Source of the DNA: Macrostomum lignano | Lineage: Eukaryota | NCBI GenBank assembly: GCA_002269645.1 | Contig: NIVC01001573.1 | Span: forward strand, 1 to 64,000 | Direction: 5' to 3' | Length of the DNA stretch: 64,000 nt | Shown: piece by piece, positions 9,701 through 19,719 of the stretch | Position numbering within the stretch: position 1 is the stretch's first letter | How the letters are laid out: the number at the start of each line of letters is the position of its first letter | Notes under the pieces: model-generated | What the model was told of the DNA's origin: nothing | The model's database searches: none | Seen by the model: the letters and a program-made list of their open reading frames with translations, nothing else | Translations under genes and position numbers: made by a program

Positions 9701-12700
9701 CATCCGACTACTGCTTCGAGAGCGTGGAGGAAGAGGCCGCGTACGAGACAGCCCTGAGGGAGCGTATGGAGATTGACTGATAAGGGTATTTCTCTTTGTA
9801 CGCGGTTTGGGGAACCCAACACTGTACACTGGGTAGGTTAGAATGTGCGCTAGCTGGGGGCCTCTATGTGTGTATACACGGGGGTTAAAAGACCAATTCT
9901 GATAGCTCGCTCCTAGGGAGGAAATTGGCAGAGGGGCCGGCCCAAAAAACTGAAATGGGCTGGCCCCGGGCTCGAGTCCACCCACCTAAAATATGGAGGT
10001 CATTACAACCTAATGACCCGAAATACTTTCAACGCAATTGTACCTATAAGAGGGTTAGGGCGGCGGCGGCGGTGGCGAAAACGGGCGGCTAAAACCTCCC
10101 TTTTGGGATTTCCCCGAACCGCTTTTGGTTAAAATTTATGCACCTGCGGGTTAGACAATATTTACTCTTTAGTCGGTGCGACATTATTTACGCGTCTGTT
10201 GCACCTGGGCGTTTGCCTATAATCTGATTATACATGCGTGCCTGTATTATACAACTACACCTTATGCATGCCTTGTAAACCTGCTTTATACATTAATCCG
10301 ATATGTATCGAAAGTACACTTTGTAAACCTGCTGTGTGTATTTCCACCTATGTAGCGCCTACAGTACCTGCTTTGTCTATTTCTGCCCATACACCTACAT
10401 TGTGTGTTTTTGCTGCTCATATGCTCCAATATGTACATTTTAATATGCAATATGCGTCATTATTCACCTACCAATATGTTTTATCTACATTTTTATGTAA
10501 ATATACTCAATTTCACCTACTATAAGTAGTTTTCACTAGCCTAATATCGTTGACTACATATCGGGAGAGTGGTAGAGTGTACATATCGGTAGAGTGTACA
10601 CTCGGGGTGCCTGCGGCTCGGTAGAGTGTACACTCGGGGTGCCTGCGGCTCGGTAGAGTGTACACTCGGGGTGCCTGCGGCATGGGCGTCTGCGGCATGG
10701 GCGTCTGCGGCATGGGCGTCTGCGGCATGGGCGCCTACGGCTCGGGAGGGTGCGCCTGCGGCTCGGGAGGGTGTACATATCGGGGTACATATCGGTAGGG
10801 TGGGCATACATATCGGTAGGTGCGCCTGCGGCTGGGGAGGGTCGCCGGTGGCTGGGGAGGGTCGCCTGCGGCTGGACGGCGCTTGGCGCCACGCGCCTGC
10901 GGCGCGCGCGCGCCGAGCGCCGATATCGATACGGGTATCGATCACCTAGTGATCGGGGCGCCAGCCAATGAGAGGCGAGGAGGGTTGACACCCACCTCAC
11001 CTCCAAAATCGCGCCATCTGCCGTTGCTTAGTAGTTCCCTATCCTACAATATCCCTATCCTACAATATCTTTATCCTACAATATCCCAATCCTACAATAT
11101 CCCTATCCTACAATATCCCTATCCTACAATATCCCTATCCTACAATATCTTTATCCTACAACATCTCTATCCTACAATATCCCTATCCTACAATATCCCT
11201 ATCCTACAGTATCCCTACCCTACAATATCCCTACCTACCCTTTAATATTCCTACCCGACAATATAACATACCTTACCCTACAATATCCTTATACACCCTG
11301 ATTCCCACCCGCTGCACCTGAGGCGGTCCGCAGTCGCAGTCCTCCCCGGGCTCGACAATCCGGTTGCCGCACGCGCTCCTGGTGGCGGCCAGGTTCGCCA
11401 CCGAAGGCGGGTCGGACATGCAGTATCCGAGCCCGTTGTCCACGCTGAAGTCCTGGTAGCGGAACACGGAGCAGTTGGAGAATCGCATCGGGTTAATCCT
11501 GGGATTTGATTGGACAGGCGACACGCGAGTTAAATCTGCGTTCGTGTACTGAATCGTGTGCTGGGTCAAGGGGTGCTGGGTCAAAGGAGTGCTGGGTCAA
11601 GGGGTGCTGGGTCAAGGGGTTCTGGGTCAAAAGAGTGCTGGGTCAAGGGGTGCTGGGTCAAGAGTTGCTGGGTCAAGGGGTGCTGGGTCAAGGAGTGCTG
11701 GGTCAAGGGTCGCTGTGTCAAGGGGTGCTGGGTCAAGGGGTGCTGGGTCAAGGGGTGCTGGGTCAAGGGGTGCTGGGTCAAGGGTCGCTAGGTCAATAAT
11801 CAAAGATAAAAATGTTGGGTCAAGGGGTCGCTGGGTCAATAATCCTAGATAAAGGTGCTGGTTCAATAATCCTAGATGAAGATGCTGGGTCAAGGGGTCG
11901 CTAGGTCAATAATCCTAGATGAAGATGCTGGGTCAAGGGGTCGCTAGGTCAAGGGGTCGCTGGATCAATAATCCTAGATGAAGATGCTGGGTCAAGGGGT
12001 CGCTAGGTCAAGGGGTCGCTGGATCAATAATCCTAGATGAAGATGCTGGGTCAAGGGGCTGCTGGGTCAATAATCCTAGATGAAGATGCTGGGTCAAGGG
12101 GCTGCTGGGTCAATAATCCTAGATGAAGATGCTGGGTCAAGGGGCTGCTGGGTCAATAATCCTAGATGAAGATGCTGGGTCAGGATGTTGAATCGCAGGG
12201 CTACTCATGACTGCGGCTCACTCGGTGCCCACAGCGGCCATGATGCAGCCCTGTCTGTCCGGGCAGTGGCAGCCTCTTTCGTCCTCGTCGTGGTTCATGC
12301 CGAGGTTGTGCCCGAGTTCGTGGGCCACCGTGATGGCCACCCCGATTGCGTTGGCGTCCCGGTCCTGCGAGGAGGGAGTTTGGCCGTTTTGATTTCGGTT
12401 TTCAAAATATTTAACAGTTTCATGAGATATCTATGGGATTTGTCTTATATCTATGAGACTTGCCTATATGCATTGAGACTCGGGAAGCTATGAGATTCGC
12501 CTAAAAACGAGAATGTCTCACCGAATTGACTCCGCCACCGAAAGCGGAGCTGCACAGCTTGCCCAGGTGCGCCAAGCCGACATCCGAGCCGGTCATTTTC
12601 AGTCCGCTGAAGTTTTTTAGCGTTTAAACAAATTTTCTTGATGAAGGCTGGGTGTCATCTTTAGGATACAATTGACAGAATGGGACAGTATTGAGCATTT

Positions 12701-15700
12701 ATTTTTAGGGCGCCTTGTATTTAAATGAAGGGCGCCGTTTCTACTGTAAGGATGGCGCTAAAGCTACTGTAAGGATGGCGCCAAAGCTACTGTAAGGATG
12801 GCGCCAAAGCTACTGTAAGGATGGCGCCAAAGCTACTGCAAGGATGGCGCCAAAGCTACTGTAAGGTGGCGCCAAAGCTACTGTAAGGGTGGCGCCAAAG
12901 CTACTGTAAGGATGGCGCCAAAGCTACTGCAAGGATGGCGCCAAAGCTACTGTAAGGTGGCGCTAAAGCTACTGTAAGGGTGGCGCCAAAGCTACTGTAA
13001 GGATGGCGCCAAAGCTACTGTAAGGGTGGTGCTAAAGCTACTGTAAGGATGGCGCCAAAGCTACTGTAAGGATGGCGCTAAAGCTACTGTAAGGATGGCG
13101 CCAAAGATACTGTAAGGATGGCGCCAAAGCTACTGTAAGGATGGCGCCAAAGCTACTGTAAGGATGGCGCCAAAGCTACTGCAAGGTGGCGCCAAAGCTA
13201 CTGCAAGGATGGCGCCAAAGCTACTGTAAGGATGGCGCCAAAGATACTGTAAGGATGGCGCCAAAGCTACTGTAAGGATGGCGCCAAAGCTACTGTAAGG
13301 ATGGCGCCAAAGCTACTGTAAGGTGGCGCTAAAGCTACTGTAAGGATGGCGCCAAAGCTACTGTAAGGATGGCGCCAAAGCTACTGCAAGGATGGCGCCA
13401 AAGCTACTGTAAGGTGGCGCCAAAGCTACTGTAAGGGTGGCGCCAAAGCTACTGTAAGGATGGCGCCAAAGCTACTGCAAGGATGGCGCCAAAGCTACTG
13501 TAAGGTGGCGCTAAAGCTACTGTAAGGGTGGCGCCAAAGCTACTGTAAGGATGGCGCCAAAGCTACTGTAAGGGTGGTGCTAAAGCTACTGTAAGGATGG
13601 CGCCAAAGCTACTGTAAGGATGGCGCTAAAGCTACTGTAAGGATGGCGCCAAAGCTACTGCAAGGATGGCGCCAAAGCTACTGTAAGGATGGCGCCAAAG
13701 CTACTGTAAGGATGGCGCCAAAGCTACTGCAAGGATGGCGCCAAAGCTACTGTAAGGATGGCGCCAAAGCTACTGTAAGGATGGCGCCAAAGCTACTGTA
13801 AGGATGGCGCCAAAGCTACTGCAAGGATGGCGCCAAAGCTACTGTAAGGGTGGCGCCAAAGCTACTGTAAGGTGGCGCCAAAGCTACTGTAAGGATGGCG
13901 CCAAAGATACTGTAAGGATGGCGCCAAAGCTACTGTAAGGATGGCGCCAAAGCTACTGTAAGGATGGCGCCAAAGCTACTGTAAGGATGGCGCCAAAGCT
14001 ACTGTAAGATGGCGCTAAAGCTACTGTAAGGATGGCGCCAAAGCTACTGTAAGGATGGCGCCAAAGCTACTGTAAGGTGGCGCTAAAGCTACTGTAAGGA
14101 TGGCGCCAAAGCTACTGTAAGGATGGCGCCAAAGCTACAGTAAGGATGGCGCCAAAGCTACTGTAAGGTGGCGCTAAAGCTACTGTAAGGATGGCGCCAA
14201 AGCTACTGTAAGGATGGCGCCAAAGCTACTGTAAGATGGCGCTAAAGCTACTGTAAGAATGGCGCCAAAGCTACTGTAAGGATGGCGCCAAAGCTACTGC
14301 AAGGATGGCGCCAAAGCTACTGTAAGGTGGCGCTAAAGCTACTGTAAGGGTGGCGCCAAAGCTACTGTAAGGATGGCGCCAAAGCTACTGCAAGGATGGC
14401 GCCAAAGCTACTGTAAGGGTGGCGCTAAAGCTACTGTAAGGGTGGCGCTAAAGCTACTGTAAGGATGGCGCCAAAGCTACTGTAAGGGTGGTGCCAAAGC
14501 TACTGTAAGGTGGCGCTAAAGCTACTGTAAGGATGGCGCCAAAGCTACTGTAAGGATGGCGCCAAAGCTACTGTAAGGTGGCGCTAAAGCTACTGTAAGG
14601 ATGGCGCCAAAGCTACTGTAAGGTGGCGCTAAAGCTACTGTAAGGATGGCGCCAAAGCTACTGTAAGGTGGCGCTAAAGCTACTGTAAGGATGGCGCCAA
14701 AGCTACTGTAAGAATGGTGCTAAAGCTACTGTAAGGATGGCGCCAAAGATACTGTAAGGATGGCGCCAAAGCTACTGTAAGGATGGCGCCAAAGCTACTG
14801 TAAGGTGGCGCTAAAGCTACTGTAAGGATGGCGCCAAAGCTACTGTAAGGATGGCGCCAAAGCTACTGTAAGGTGGCGCTAAAGCTACTGTAAGGATGGC
14901 GCCAAAGCTACTGCAAGGATGGCGCCAAAGCTACTGTAAGGATGGCGCCAAAGCTACTGTAAGGATGGCGCCAAAGCTACTGCAAGGATGGCGCCAAAGC
15001 TACTGTAAGGGTGGCGCCAAAGCTACTGTAAGGATGGCGCCAAAGCTACTGTAAGGATGGCGCCAAAGCTACTGTAAGGTGGCAACAAAGCTACTGTAAG
15101 GATGGCGCCAAAGCTACTGCCTTTCTACCTGACAAGATGAGCGGCGCTGTGCGGCCGCGAGTTCAGATGGTGCATCTTGTAGTTCATGAAGTTGTCCAGC
15201 ATCTCGGTGGAGTTCACCCCGGCAGGACTGCTGGCCGAGCTGGTGACATACGGGTCCGTCCGCCACACCTCAGTGTACACCGTGACGACGTTCACGCCGA
15301 TTTGCTTGTAGAACTGCGCGAGTGGTGCGAGGGTTTGGGTAAGATTTTTTGGGGGAGACAGAGGGGGAGACAGAGGGGGAGACAGAGGGGGAGACAGAGG
15401 GGGAAACAGAGGGTAGACAGAGGGGGAGACAGAGCGGGAGACAGAGCGGGAGACAGAGGGGGAGACAGAGGGGGAGACAGAGGGGGAGACAAAGGGGGAG
15501 AGAGAGGGGGAGACAGAGGGGGAGACAGAGGGGAGACAGAGGGGGAGACAGAGGGGGAGACAGAGGGGGAGACAAAGGGGAGAGAGAGGGGGAGACAGAG
15601 GGGGAGACAGAGGGGGAGACAGAGGGGGAGACAAAGGGGGAGACAAAGGGGGAGACAGAGGGGAGACAGAGGGGGAGACAGAGGGGGAGACAAAGGGGGA

Positions 15701-18382
15701 GACAGAGGGGGAGACAAAGGGGGAGACAGAGGGGAGACAAAGGGGGAGACAGAGGGGAGACAAAGGGGGAGACAGAGGGGGAGACAGAGGGGGAGACAGA
15801 GGGGAGACAGAGGGGGAGACAGAGGGGGAGACAAAGGGGGAGAGAGAGGGGGAGACAGAGGGGGAGACAGAGGGGGAGACAGAGGGGGAGACAGAGGGGG
15901 AGACAGAGGGGGAGACAAAGGGGGAGACAGAGGGGAGACAGAGGGGGAGACAGATGGGGAGACAGAGGGGGAGACAGAGGGGGAGACAAAGGGGGAGACA
16001 GAGCGGGAGACAGAGCGGGAGACAGAGGGGGAGACAGAGGGGAGACAGAGGGGGAGACAGAGGGGGAGACAGAGGGGGAGACAGAGGGGAGACAGAGGGG
16101 GAGACAGAGGGGGAGACAGAGGGGGAGACAGAGGGGGAGACAAAGGGGGAGAGAGAGGGGGAGACAGAGGGGGAGACAGAGGGGAGACAGAGGGGAGACA
16201 GAGGGGGAGACAAAGGGGGAGAGAGAGGGGGAGACAGAGGGGGAGACAGAGGGGAGACAGAGGGGGAGACAGAGGGGGAGACAAAGGGGGAGAGAGAGGG
16301 GGAGACAGAGGGGGAGACAGAGGGGGAGACAGAGGGGAGACAAAGGGGGAGACAGAGGGGGAGACAGAGGGGGAGACAGAGGGGGAGACAGATGGGGAGA
16401 CAAAGGGGGAGACAGAGGGGGAGACAAAGGGGGAGACAGAGGGGGAGACAGAGGGGGAGACAGAGGGGGAGACAGAGGGGGAGACAGAGGGGGAGACAAA
16501 GGGGGAGACAGAGGGGGAGACAAAGGGGGAGACAGAGGGGGAGACAGAGGGGGAGACAGATGGGGAGACAAAGGGGGAGACAGAGGGGGAGACAAAGGGG
16601 GAGACAGAGGGGGAGACAGAGGGGGAGACAGAGGGGGAGACAGAGGGGGAGACAGAGGGGGAAACAGAGGGTAGACAGAGGGGGAGACAGAGCGGGAGAC
16701 AGAGCGGGAGACAGAGGGGGAGACAGAGGGGGAGACAAAGGGGGAGACAGAGGGGGAGACAGAGGGGGAGACAGAGGTAGGCAAATGAGAGGAAGCCAGA
16801 AGAAGGGATTAGAAGCAAAAGCCGTAAATCAAAGGAGCACGCGGATGCGTACGCAGACACACACACACACTCGCAAGGGTGTACAGCGGCATTGACTTTC
16901 ACATCGATAAGCAGTGGGCGCACTCTGAACTCCAAGAATCCAGGGAAAGACAATTTGCTCACAGCATTGACATAGTTGCCGATCTCCCACAGCCGGCTCA
17001 CAGCGGCGGCCGAATCGTTGCCCTGCTGCGAGTACTGAAATCGGCAGGTTGATTTCATAACTACCCCCTTGCCAACTTAAACTCAAAAAATGAAAAAGTG
17101 CAAGTACTCATAAATGCATCGATCCGCTTACAAAGTACTGATCTCCAACCAGGATAAGTCTGATGTACTTTCGATCCGTCTCCGCGGCGCCGGAGTTCGT
17201 GTCCAGCAGCACCGCCCGCCGCAGTCTGGATTGCGGCGACGGCCACAGCGGCGAGGAGGCGACGTCCGGGTGTCCAGAGCCGGAGGCGAGGCCGCACTTC
17301 CGAGGCTGCGACGGGATGACGGAGGCTGAGAACAGACTCGAGCTGGTTGGCTGGGGCTGCATCTCGTACATCCGGCTGCCGTACTGGAAGCTGCCGCTGA
17401 AATTCACATCCCGATTGGAGTTTGGCTTCAGTTTTGAATCCCAGAGTGACATCTGCATAGCAACAACGCCTCGCTTACCTGAGTGAGTTGCCCCTCTGCA
17501 CTGCCGCTGCCATCTGCGACTCGTCAGTGCTGAGGCTGCCCTGGTAGAAGCAGATCTCAGTGTCCGGCTTCGCGTCTTCGTGCAGAAACTCTCTGAAAAT
17601 TTTTGAGACCAGTCAGTCAGTCAGTCAGTCAGTCAGTCAGTCAGTCAGTCAGTCAGTCAGTCAGTCAGTCAGTCAGTCAGTCAGTCAGTCAGTCAGTCAG
17701 TCAGTCAGTCAGTCAGTCAGTCAGTCAGTCAGTCAGTCATTCAGGCAGTCAGTCAGTCAGTCAGTCAGTCAGTCAGTCAGTCAGTCAGTCAGTCAGTCAG
17801 TCAGTCAGTCAGTCAGTCAGTCAGTCAGTCAGTCAGTCAGTCAGTCACCCACTCACTCAAGTCAGTCAGTCAGTCGCTCAGCCAGTCAGTCAGTCAGTCA
17901 GTCAGTCAGTCAGTCAGTCAGTCAGTCAGTCAGTCAGTCAGTCAGTCAGTCAGTCAGTCAGTCAGTCAGTCAGTCAGTCAGTCAGTCAGTCAGTCAGTCA
18001 GTCAGTCAGTCAGTCAGTCAGTCAGTCAGTCAGTCAGTCAGTCAGTCAGTCAGTCAGTCAGTCAGTCAGTCACCTGGATGACTCAGTCAGAGTCAGCTCC
18101 ACAGGTGACTCCTCCCCAGCAACTGAGACGCGCAGCTGTCGCCGCTCCGGACACGGGGCTCTCAGCTGACTGGGTTGGAATTTCAACGAGTCTAAAAATT
18201 GGATGCAGTTTAACAGTGGAAAATTCCGTACCAAGCAAATCGCTTGAGTCTGACAAAATTCAAAAATAGTTTTCATCACTCTTACAGTCAGCTGTCGGCC
18301 TGGATGCAGCTTGAAGATGTTGCTGGGACAGCAGCACCAGCAGCTGAAGCAGAAACAGTCGCCAACAGTTCCTGTGGCGCAT
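737..18382 (-). CDS. ADAM metalloprotease-disintegrin, catalytic motif intact; 3' end lies outside the window
   Basis: Exons 18382-18286 (signal peptide), 18191-18074, 17592-17479, 17396-17132 (RLRR furin site, [10 protein letters not shown]), 17034-16963, 15313-15129, 12606-12522, 12364-12222 ([15 protein letters not shown] Met-turn), 11498-11318 ([15 protein letters not shown]), 1410-1180 (disintegrin), 928-737 (Cys-rich; one homopolymer frameshift near 780). Phases are consistent. Confidence 0.93.
1470..1575. repeat. 16-bp minisatellite (CCTACAATATCCCTAT), left half of the insertion target
   Basis: Continues in phase at 11036-11232 after allowing for the 6-bp duplication. Confidence 0.9.
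1576..2516 (+). repeat. Left terminal inverted repeat
   Basis: Reverse complement of about 10093-11035; the differences noticed are mainly homopolymer lengths plus a few mismatches at the inner end. Contains 15-bp (CATGCCGCAGACGCC) and about 32-bp internal repeats. Confidence 0.95.
2871..7875 (-). CDS. Protein-primed family-B DNA polymerase (Polinton/Maverick type), 7 exons, about 1,265 aa, with about 9 single-base frameshifts as assembled
   Basis: Exons 7875-7816, 7073-7029, 6959-6392, 6199-4307, 4239-3692, 3622-3330, 3261-2871. Motifs: OTU-like [12 protein letters not shown]...HFNVV, CxxC clusters, ExoI YVYYDFET, Exo[10 protein letters not shown], ExoIII YCLQDT, VSR-like [12 protein letters not shown], PolA YRDV|VSLYP, PolB KIFLNS|LWGKF, PolC YADTDS|, C-terminal KR...SRPYG. 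Exons 1-2 are less certain. Confidence 0.93.
3262..3329 (-). other. Spliceosomal intron (68 bp) at Pol motif C
   Basis: GTAAGT, long pyrimidine tract, CCCAG; interrupts the Ser codon of YADTDS (GAT TC|G), phase 2. Confidence 0.88.
3623..3691 (-). other. Spliceosomal intron (69 bp) inside Pol motif B
   Basis: GTAAGT...CCCTGCAG; removal gives AAC TC|G CTC TGG GGC AAA = NSLWGK, phase 2. Confidence 0.9.
4240..4306 (-). other. Spliceosomal intron (67 bp) inside Pol motif A
   Basis: GTAAGT...CCCCTAG; removal joins CGG GAT GTG to GTG TCG CTC TAC CCG = RDV|VSLYP, phase 0. Confidence 0.9.
6200..6391 (-). other. pPolB intron (192 bp) containing a short tandem repeat of about 57 bp
   Basis: ACG|GTAAGT...CGCAG|GCT joins AGLYT to AGPFGLDAL in frame. 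Confidence 0.88.
6960..7028 (-). other. pPolB intron (69 bp)
   Basis: GTGAGT...CATGCAG with a pyrimidine-rich interior; the downstream frame reads [18 protein letters not shown]. Confidence 0.7.
7074..7815 (-). other. pPolB first intron (742 bp) with internal repeats
   Basis: G|GTAAGT at 7815 and TTTTTTCAG at 7074; the interior is repetitive and has no recognisable coding content. Confidence 0.6.
7946..8067. promoter_or_regulatory. Divergent promoter region of the element
   Basis: TATATATA 7946-7953 lies about 70 bp upstream of the pPolB ATG (7875, -). TATATAA 8061-8067 lies about 50 bp upstream of ATG 8117 (+). Inverted CCAAT at 7981. Confidence 0.6.
8117..8650 (+). CDS. Putative tandem PC4-like ssDNA-binding protein (177 aa)
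   Basis: IEIRRLY...[19 protein letters not shown] resembles the PC4 pattern IDIR.Y...G...PGKKGISL...QW..L. A second weaker copy is IRLLRNW...[16 protein letters not shown]-like PPAKRVK; upstream TATA. Assigned by eye. Confidence 0.5.
   Translation: MSSISLYENFVARKPTFETEHNLIEIRRLYTNEAGVWKDGFPAIYLAEPEWKKLEAARPDLEAAARLHVNKRVLLGNFKAVEASRGRIRLLRNWLNQDPKFNWRYTIEFTPELWRRMFAARLDKLFKPAPEAPPPAKRVKTDTPPVAGTEVDVLQLMGLKPYQSPPWENLFNEGWDC
8766..9780 (+). CDS. Orphan acidic protein of the element, 2 exons (307 aa)
   Basis: TATATAA at 8687 and ATG at 8766. Intron 9609-9699 (GTAAGA...TGCCAG, 91 bp, AT-rich) gives an in-frame acidic end [26 protein letters not shown] (TGA 9778-9780). Confidence 0.65.
10093..11035 (-). 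repeat. Right terminal inverted repeat
   Basis: Mirror of 1576-2516. An identical 95-aa ORF appears at 2083-2370(-) and 10238-10525(+). Confidence 0.95.
11036..11232. repeat. 16-bp minisatellite, right half of the insertion target
   Basis: Same unit as 1470-1575. Confidence 0.9.
11560..12185. repeat. GGGTCAAGGGGTGCT 15-bp array grading into a longer unit
   Basis: Tandem copies in an ADAM intron. Confidence 0.9.
12735..15120. repeat. 23-bp minisatellite (CTACTGTAAGGATGGCGCCAAAG), about 100 copies
   Basis: Fills most of ADAM intron 12607-15128. Confidence 0.95.
15350..16780. repeat. 12-bp purine-rich minisatellite (GGGGGAGACAGA)
   Basis: Fills most of ADAM intron 15314-16962. Confidence 0.95.
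17610..18072. repeat. (AGTC)n microsatellite
   Basis: Runs up to the donor site of ADAM exon 2. Confidence 0.95.
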
Positions 18383-18806
18383 TTCTTCGACTTTGCTTTG
18401 CAGAGTGCAGGTGAGAAAAAAGTAGACACTGAACGCTCTCTGCAGTTTTCCTACCCGTCTAGCTCGCAAGTTTGTTTTTCTATCTTATTTTTACATTCTA
18501 TTTAGCATTTCGAAAGCGCTTCATGGAAAAAAATCTGTTCTGCTTAGCTGAGGCAGCAGCTTCGCCATTGTTCGCAATTAATCCATCGCGTTCCGCCCGA
18601 CCCTCTCTCTCCTTTCTTCTTACTAGTCCGAAGCGAGTTCCGGTTGTAGCTGGTGATGGCGCAGGCCAAGGAGTCCCTGAACAGAATCCTAGTCTCTTCT
18701 CAGCTCTCCTCTCTCTAATCTCCCTAGCTTCTCTCTTATCTGTTCTTTCCTTTAATCTCTTATCTAATATCTATTCTCCCCGGCTCTCTAATCACAGGGA
18801 TTTTTT

Positions 18807-19095
18807 GCCTAGTGGTCAGAGCGTCGGACTCACGACTTAAAGGTCGGGGGCTCGATTCTCGAGCCAATCGGAACAATTTCTGTCATTGAGCAAGACACTT
18901 AACTCTGCATTGCTTCAGTTCACCCAGCTGTAAAATGGGCGCCAGCATCATAGCTGGGGGGTAATTGAGGGTGTGTGGCGACCCCCCAGTCCTTGGTACT
19001 GAACAGCCGTACGCAGCCTTCAGATGCGCCGCGCAATAGCTGCGGCTGAGCTGTCGGTTGCACATCTGGCCATTAGGGCAGGTGCAATCAATTAT
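18807..19095 (+). mobile_element. tRNA-derived SINE with CORE-like domain, copy 1
   Basis: A-box TAGTGG, B-box GCTCGATTC, body TTGAGCAAGACACTTAAC...CAGCTGTAAAATGGG, ATT-rich tail; two further copies occur in the window. Confidence 0.8.
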
Positions 19096-19719
19096 TATCA
19101 AAATGATAATTATTAATCTCAACACTCTCGCCTCTCCATACCTCCTTTTCAGTTTGGCAACCCGGTCACAGTCATTAAATGACTGACACGTTGAACCAAG
19201 TCCGAGTTTATGATAACTTCAAAAATCCAGATTCCGGTTCCGGTCTCCATGTGCTATACGCATTATGCAGAAAAAGGTACAGAGTTGGCCCCTTGCCGAC
19301 GCACGCAATCTGCACTTTGCGAAAGGCAGCCACCCAGCGAGCAAACTGCTTTCTCTCTGCTCTTCTCTCCAGCACATCAAGCAGAGCCGAAAGATGAGCT
19401 TGAAAGTTCTCCAAACACTTTTAACTGTGTGTAGGGTGCGGCTGGCTCTAAGCACAGGCTCTATTTATAAACCAGTCTGTTGGCAAAGCAGCCAGTATAC
19501 TTTTCTGCAAACAAAAACACTATACCTAGTTTAATAGCTCCACTGAGCAGTGGCTTTGTTTCAAGTAACAAACCTCACATCAGTATTGATAAGTGTAAAT
19601 GCATGCCTCTACTGAAGGTCCATTCCTTTGAATTAATGCATTCTGCAGCATTCGAGCATTTTAAATTGAATTTAAATTTAAACATTGCATTGGCCTCCGT
19701 TCTAACCAGATTCTTGTAA

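Larger units (their letters stand above)
1576..11035. mobile_element. Maverick/Polinton-related element, minimal (pPolB + 2 small genes), in an ADAM intron
   Basis: Ends ACTACTAAGCAACGG (1576) and CCGTTGCTTAGTAGT (11035) are reverse complements. TIRs are about 940 bp. TCCCTA flanks both sides (1570-1575, 11036-11041). It encodes a Polinton-type protein-primed polB. Confidence 0.92.

Noticed and set aside
1576-11035. Casposon, Helitron or organellar linear plasmid identity for the TIR element
   Set aside because: No Cas1 or Rep/helicase is present. Spliceosomal introns, TATA boxes and OTU/VSR-type pPolB domains point to a nuclear Polinton-lineage element.
12735-15120. CRISPR-like appearance of the regular arrays (here and elsewhere)
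   Set aside because: Units are head-to-tail without unique spacers, there are no cas genes, and the context is eukaryotic.
15125-17058. Very long low-complexity ORFs ([12 protein letters not shown] repeats)
   Set aside because: They are translations of a stop-free 12-bp intronic repeat; only the embedded ADAM exons are real.
18807-18880. tRNA gene
   Set aside because: No convincing acceptor stem; it continues into a body shared by three dispersed copies, so it is a SINE head.
19208-19414. 68-aa minus-strand ORF between ADAM and MTHFS
   Set aside because: No recognisable motif, ATG start or clear splice sites; left unannotated.
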